This document shows, in pieces, positions 22,791-26,225 of a stretch of 26,225 nt of DNA; position 1 is the first letter of the stretch, and every line of letters begins with the position of its first letter. The notes under the pieces were generated by a model. That model was not told the DNA's origin, searched no databases, and worked only from the letters and a program-made list of their open reading frames with translations. Source of the DNA: a virus (lineage: Duplodnaviria; Caudoviricetes); IMG/VR virus record IMGVR_UViG_3300012942_000124, positions 1-26,225 of that record. One strand, given 5' to 3'. Made by a program: the position numbers and the translations under genes.

Positions 22791-25700
22791 TGGGTAGTAA
22801 GACTGCCACAACCTCTGGCACTTCGAATAGTTCCGGCTCATCGACCACGACGCTTTCGCCGCAGGTCCAAGCTGCCTACAACGCGCTTCTCAGCCAGATC
22901 AGCGGGATCTCGAGCGGCACGAATACGTCCACGGGAACGGCCGCATCAGGCCTCGCCAGTCTGTCGGCAACCCCGAATGCGAATTACGGAACGGCTGCCA
23001 ATACATTGGGCAGCGCGTCCGCGCCTGCCTACCAAAGCATCAATGATTATCTGTCGCCCTACCTGACCTCCGGTTTGTCGGCGCTTCAAGCATCGCAGAC
23101 CAACCAGAACGCCCAGCAACAGCAGCAATTGGTCGGCAACGCCATTTCGCAGGGTGCGCTGGGCGGCAACCGTGTGGCTGTGGCGCAGAGCAATCTTGCC
23201 GGTCAACAGGCGCTGGCGAACAATGCGACGAACGCCGCTTTCGTCAACAACGCCTATCAGCAGGCCGAAAACAGCGCGCTGCAAGGGCAGTCCAATCAGA
23301 CGGCGGCGGGACAGGCACAGGGTGCTCTTGGTAGTTCCGAGAATGCGAGCACACTATCCAACCTGCTCGGGCTCCTCAGCGCCGGCAACAGCCAGTATTC
23401 CAATCTCGGCACGCTCGGCAGCCTCGCCAGCAATCTCTCCAATTCCGGCGCGACGGTTTCGACCAATTCGCAGAGCAGTGGCACTTCGACAGTGCCGGTG
23501 GGCAATACATTCTCGTCGCTTCTGGGGGGGCTTACCAGCATTGCCGGATTGTTCAGGGATGGCGGCGTTGTGCCGCGTCGATATGATGTCGGCGGCTCCA
23601 TTTCCGAGCTGGCGCAGTCTGCAAATTCGGGGATGGACCAATCGCAGCAGTTGATGCAGTCGCTGATGCAGAACGCCCAGAGCGCCGCTAATCAGCAAAA
23701 TCAGCAGCCGCAATATACCGACGAGCAGAAAAAGGGCGCGGCCAACATCGGCAATTGGGCGAAGGGCTTGTTTCCGCAAAACGATAATGCGATGCCGGCG
23801 ATGTACGCTTCCGGCGGCGTCATTCCTTTCCGGCGCCGAGGCTATGATGATGGCGGCTACGTCGATTTTCCCTATGCGGATTTCGGAGACACCAATTCGC
23901 AGATCGTGAACGCGCCTGCCGGTGTTCTTCCCGCGCTCGTCGGCAATTCCGATGTGACGGTGCCGAGCAACTATATCGTCGCCCCTTCCGTGCAGGGGAT
24001 GATCGACCAGGTTACGCCTCAGCCAGGTGTTTTGGCGAGTCCATCACTATTGCGGGATACACCGACCGACAATCCGGCGACGAGGCAGGATGCTCGCGAT
24101 CAGGCGATGGCCGATCAAGGATTTCCGGGGCAGTCTTCTGGCGTCATCCCAGCTCGGACTATTCCTCTCACGGTTGCCACAAACAACCCGGGCGCGATCA
24201 CCAATGGACCTTGGGCCGCCTCTCAGCCGGGCTATGTGGGCGCACGCGGGGACTTCGCTGTGTTCGATTCCCCCGAGGCCGGCCGCAACGCCCAGGTTGG
24301 CTTGCTCAGCAATTATGCCGACAAGGGCTACAACACGATTGCCAGCGTCATCAACCGTTGGTCGCCCCAAACCGCCAACGCGCGTGGCTCGACCGCGAAC
24401 TATATCGACTACGTTTCGCAGCGAACCGGGCTTGCTCCGAACCAGCCGATCCCGCCGGGCCGTCTTGGCGATGTTGCTCAGGCACAATCGGAATGGGAAA
24501 GCGGGCTCAAGCCTGGCGGTTTCGTGCCCCCGGCGCCAGGCGGCGTCGTGCCGTCGGCGCAGGGCACGCAGGGCGCAGGAACACCCGCAATCCAGTCGCC
24601 GGCGGTAAGCGGCGTCATTCCGACACAGTACGGTATTCAGGATAGCAATGCGGGCTATGCGACGAACCTTGGCGATGTCTTCAAGTCATTGCAGGAAGGG
24701 AAGGGGTTCAATCTCTCTCCCGACGCGCGCATGGCGCTCATTTCGGCCGGCGCGGGCATGATGGCCGGAACGTCGCCGAATGCCTTTGCCAATATCGGCT
24801 CCGGAATCCAGCAAGGGCTCGATACCTGGCAGAAAAAGCAGGAACTCAACCGGGAGAACGCGCTGGCACAGTCCGGCATTGGAGCACAGCAAGGTGAACT
24901 TGGCTTGGAAGGCCAGAAGGTTCAGCAGGCCGGCCAGCAGCTTTATCTCGCTGCGCAGCAGACGGCGGCACAGATCGCGCAAGAAACGGCCGCAGCGGCC
25001 CAGACCAATGTCGAGGCGGCCAAGGCACGCTTTGTGCCCACGCCTGTCGGGATGATGCAATACGATCCCGAAAATCCGAACGCTGCCCCCAAGGTCATTC
25101 CGTGGAACCAGTTGCAAGGCGCCGCAGGTTCGCCGGGCCAAGCCTCCGGAGTCAGCACAGAACAGCCGAAGCCGGATGCGGACGGTTTCGTGACGACTGC
25201 GCCGCCAGCTACCACGATCAACCCCATGCTCATGTCGCAGAGCTCGGCCCCGATCGTCTATGAGCAGACGAAAACGGCTTTGGGCGGCGCGCAGGGCGAC
25301 GCGATCAATGCGCAGGCCCTCAATGCGCAGTTGGGCGAGCTGGCGAACCTAGCTCAGAATATGCCGGATACGGGGCCCCTTGCTTCCGGCGCGGCCTTCG
25401 ACCAACGGCTTTCGGCGGTCAAGGGAATCAATGGCTTCCTGCAAACTATCGGGGCGCCTCAGATCGATCCGAAGGATGTTGCCACTGCCGAGGGCATGAA
25501 GAAACTGGCTACGCAATTGCAGTTCGCCGTTGCCGATGCAGTGAAGACCGACCCGGCGGCAATGACTATCGCACAGGCGGCGTCAGCTTCCCCCAGCGGC
25601 GAGAACACGAAACAGGGCTTTGCCCGGATCGTCGGCAATATCGAGGCCCTGAACAAGCGCTCCATCGATCGGTTCAACTTCCTGCAAAGCTGGGCGAACC

Positions 25701-25915
25701 AGCATTACGGGGATACGACTGGGGCGGATGCGACCTTCAATCAACTGAACCCGCCTGAGAAATACATCGCCTATGGCGACAAGCTCGCGGAAGGCCTCGG
25801 GGCTGCTCCAGCGAGCCAGTCGATTCCCACCGTCACGACGCAGAAGGCATATGACGCATTGCCTTCCGGCAGCGTCTATATCGCCCCCGATGGCAAGCAG
25901 CACCGGAAGCAGTAG
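22790..25915 (+). CDS. large internal virion / DNA ejection protein with a lysozyme-like domain
   Basis: 1041 aa, rich in Q/A/S/G. Residues at ~24180-24505 read NNPGAI...FAVFDSPEAG...Y...GYNTI..VINRWSP....TANYI..V...ESG. The C-terminus is YDALPSG..YIAPDG..RK. Confidence 0.8.
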   Translation: MGSKTATTSGTSNSSGSSTTTLSPQVQAAYNALLSQISGISSGTNTSTGTAASGLASLSATPNANYGTAANTLGSASAPAYQSINDYLSPYLTSGLSALQASQTNQNAQQQQQLVGNAISQGALGGNRVAVAQSNLAGQQALANNATNAAFVNNAYQQAENSALQGQSNQTAAGQAQGALGSSENASTLSNLLGLLSAGNSQYSNLGTLGSLASNLSNSGATVSTNSQSSGTSTVPVGNTFSSLLGGLTSIAGLFRDGGVVPRRYDVGGSISELAQSANSGMDQSQQLMQSLMQNAQSAANQQNQQPQYTDEQKKGAANIGNWAKGLFPQNDNAMPAMYASGGVIPFRRRGYDDGGYVDFPYADFGDTNSQIVNAPAGVLPALVGNSDVTVPSNYIVAPSVQGMIDQVTPQPGVLASPSLLRDTPTDNPATRQDARDQAMADQGFPGQSSGVIPARTIPLTVATNNPGAITNGPWAASQPGYVGARGDFAVFDSPEAGRNAQVGLLSNYADKGYNTIASVINRWSPQTANARGSTANYIDYVSQRTGLAPNQPIPPGRLGDVAQAQSEWESGLKPGGFVPPAPGGVVPSAQGTQGAGTPAIQSPAVSGVIPTQYGIQDSNAGYATNLGDVFKSLQEGKGFNLSPDARMALISAGAGMMAGTSPNAFANIGSGIQQGLDTWQKKQELNRENALAQSGIGAQQGELGLEGQKVQQAGQQLYLAAQQTAAQIAQETAAAAQTNVEAAKARFVPTPVGMMQYDPENPNAAPKVIPWNQLQGAAGSPGQASGVSTEQPKPDADGFVTTAPPATTINPMLMSQSSAPIVYEQTKTALGGAQGDAINAQALNAQLGELANLAQNMPDTGPLASGAAFDQRLSAVKGINGFLQTIGAPQIDPKDVATAEGMKKLATQLQFAVADAVKTDPAAMTIAQAASASPSGENTKQGFARIVGNIEALNKRSIDRFNFLQSWANQHYGDTTGADATFNQLNPPEKYIAYGDKLAEGLGAAPASQSIPTVTTQKAYDALPSGSVYIAPDGKQHRKQ

Positions 25916-26225
25916 ATGGCCGATTTCTGGGCAAATGATCCGGTCGTGGGTGGCTCTCCCGCACCCTCCGCGCCATCGGGCGCGAGTTCGCCGTTCTATG
26001 CCAATGATCCCGTTGTCGGCAACGAGGGACCGTCCTCGATGTCGCCGACCGAAAGTGGAGACACGTGGAGCGGCATTGCGCGGCAAATTCCAGCTGGGCT
26101 CGATCAGTTCGCCTATGATGTCATGGGCGCGCCGGTCGATTTGGCGCGCGGGCTGATCAACGGAGTTACGGCACCAACGCGGGATGCACAGGCGGCGGCG
26201 GCTGCGGCAGGACGGCCCGCTGGTA
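25916..26225 (+). CDS. next ejection protein, N-terminal fragment (truncated by the window end)
   Basis: ATG immediately after the TAG at 25913-25915; MADFWANDPVVG...PFYANDPVVG...; open to the end of the window. Confidence 0.75.
   Translation, partial: MADFWANDPVVGGSPAPSAPSGASSPFYANDPVVGNEGPSSMSPTESGDTWSGIARQIPAGLDQFAYDVMGAPVDLARGLINGVTAPTRDAQAAAAAAGRPAG

Larger units (their letters stand above)
1..26225 (+). mobile_element. Tailed phage/prophage segment (podovirus-like, alphaproteobacterial host likely): replication end, late control region, tRNA array, head/tail/ejection genes
   Basis: Co-oriented, tightly coupled genes in canonical phage order (helicase-primase-antiterminator-tRNAs-terS-terL-portal-scaffold-capsid-adaptors-tail hub-ejection proteins). 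No sheath, tube or tape-measure genes recognised. No integrase or att site in the window, so free phage versus prophage cannot be decided. Confidence 0.95.

Noticed and set aside
23524-23530. G7 run in the ejection gene as a frameshift or phase-variation site
   Set aside because: It is in frame and encodes Leu-Gly-Gly; no supporting alternative product or stimulatory structure was seen.
1-26225. CRISPR array, reverse transcriptase/DGR, intron or intein in terL or the helicase
   Set aside because: No regularly spaced repeats and no RT motifs; both genes are continuous and of ordinary length.

Overview
This window is a single-orientation (+ strand) segment of a GC-rich tailed phage or prophage, most likely podovirus-like and infecting an alphaproteobacterium (it encodes a GcrA-like regulator). 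It runs from the end of a replication module (GcrA-like protein, SF2 helicase, TOPRIM primase, then a ~440-nt highly structured non-coding region) to a DUF6456/GafZ-like putative late antiterminator. Next come a late promoter with an immediate terminator and an array of tRNA and tRNA-like genes. The morphogenesis operon follows: terS, terL, portal, GroES-like co-chaperonin, scaffold, decoration protein, major capsid, adaptors, tail hub, a GNAT protein and ejection proteins, the last one truncated by the window edge. The most unusual observations are: (1) all three intact tRNAs (Ser-UGA, Thr-UGU, Ala-UGC) carry C instead of the near-universal U33 and are flanked by three tRNA-shaped RNAs with non-canonical cores; (2) a short peptide motif ([FYR]-x-x-G-G-x-[VI]) recurs in three unrelated virion-region proteins, near a stand-alone duplicated 'GEFVI' module; (3) both predicted late promoters carry a YGATTCG GcrA/CcrM-type site just after the -10 box; (4) an HNH-AP2 homing endonuclease scar sits in the head-tail operon. 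All product calls come from motif recognition and synteny by eye; no searches were run.
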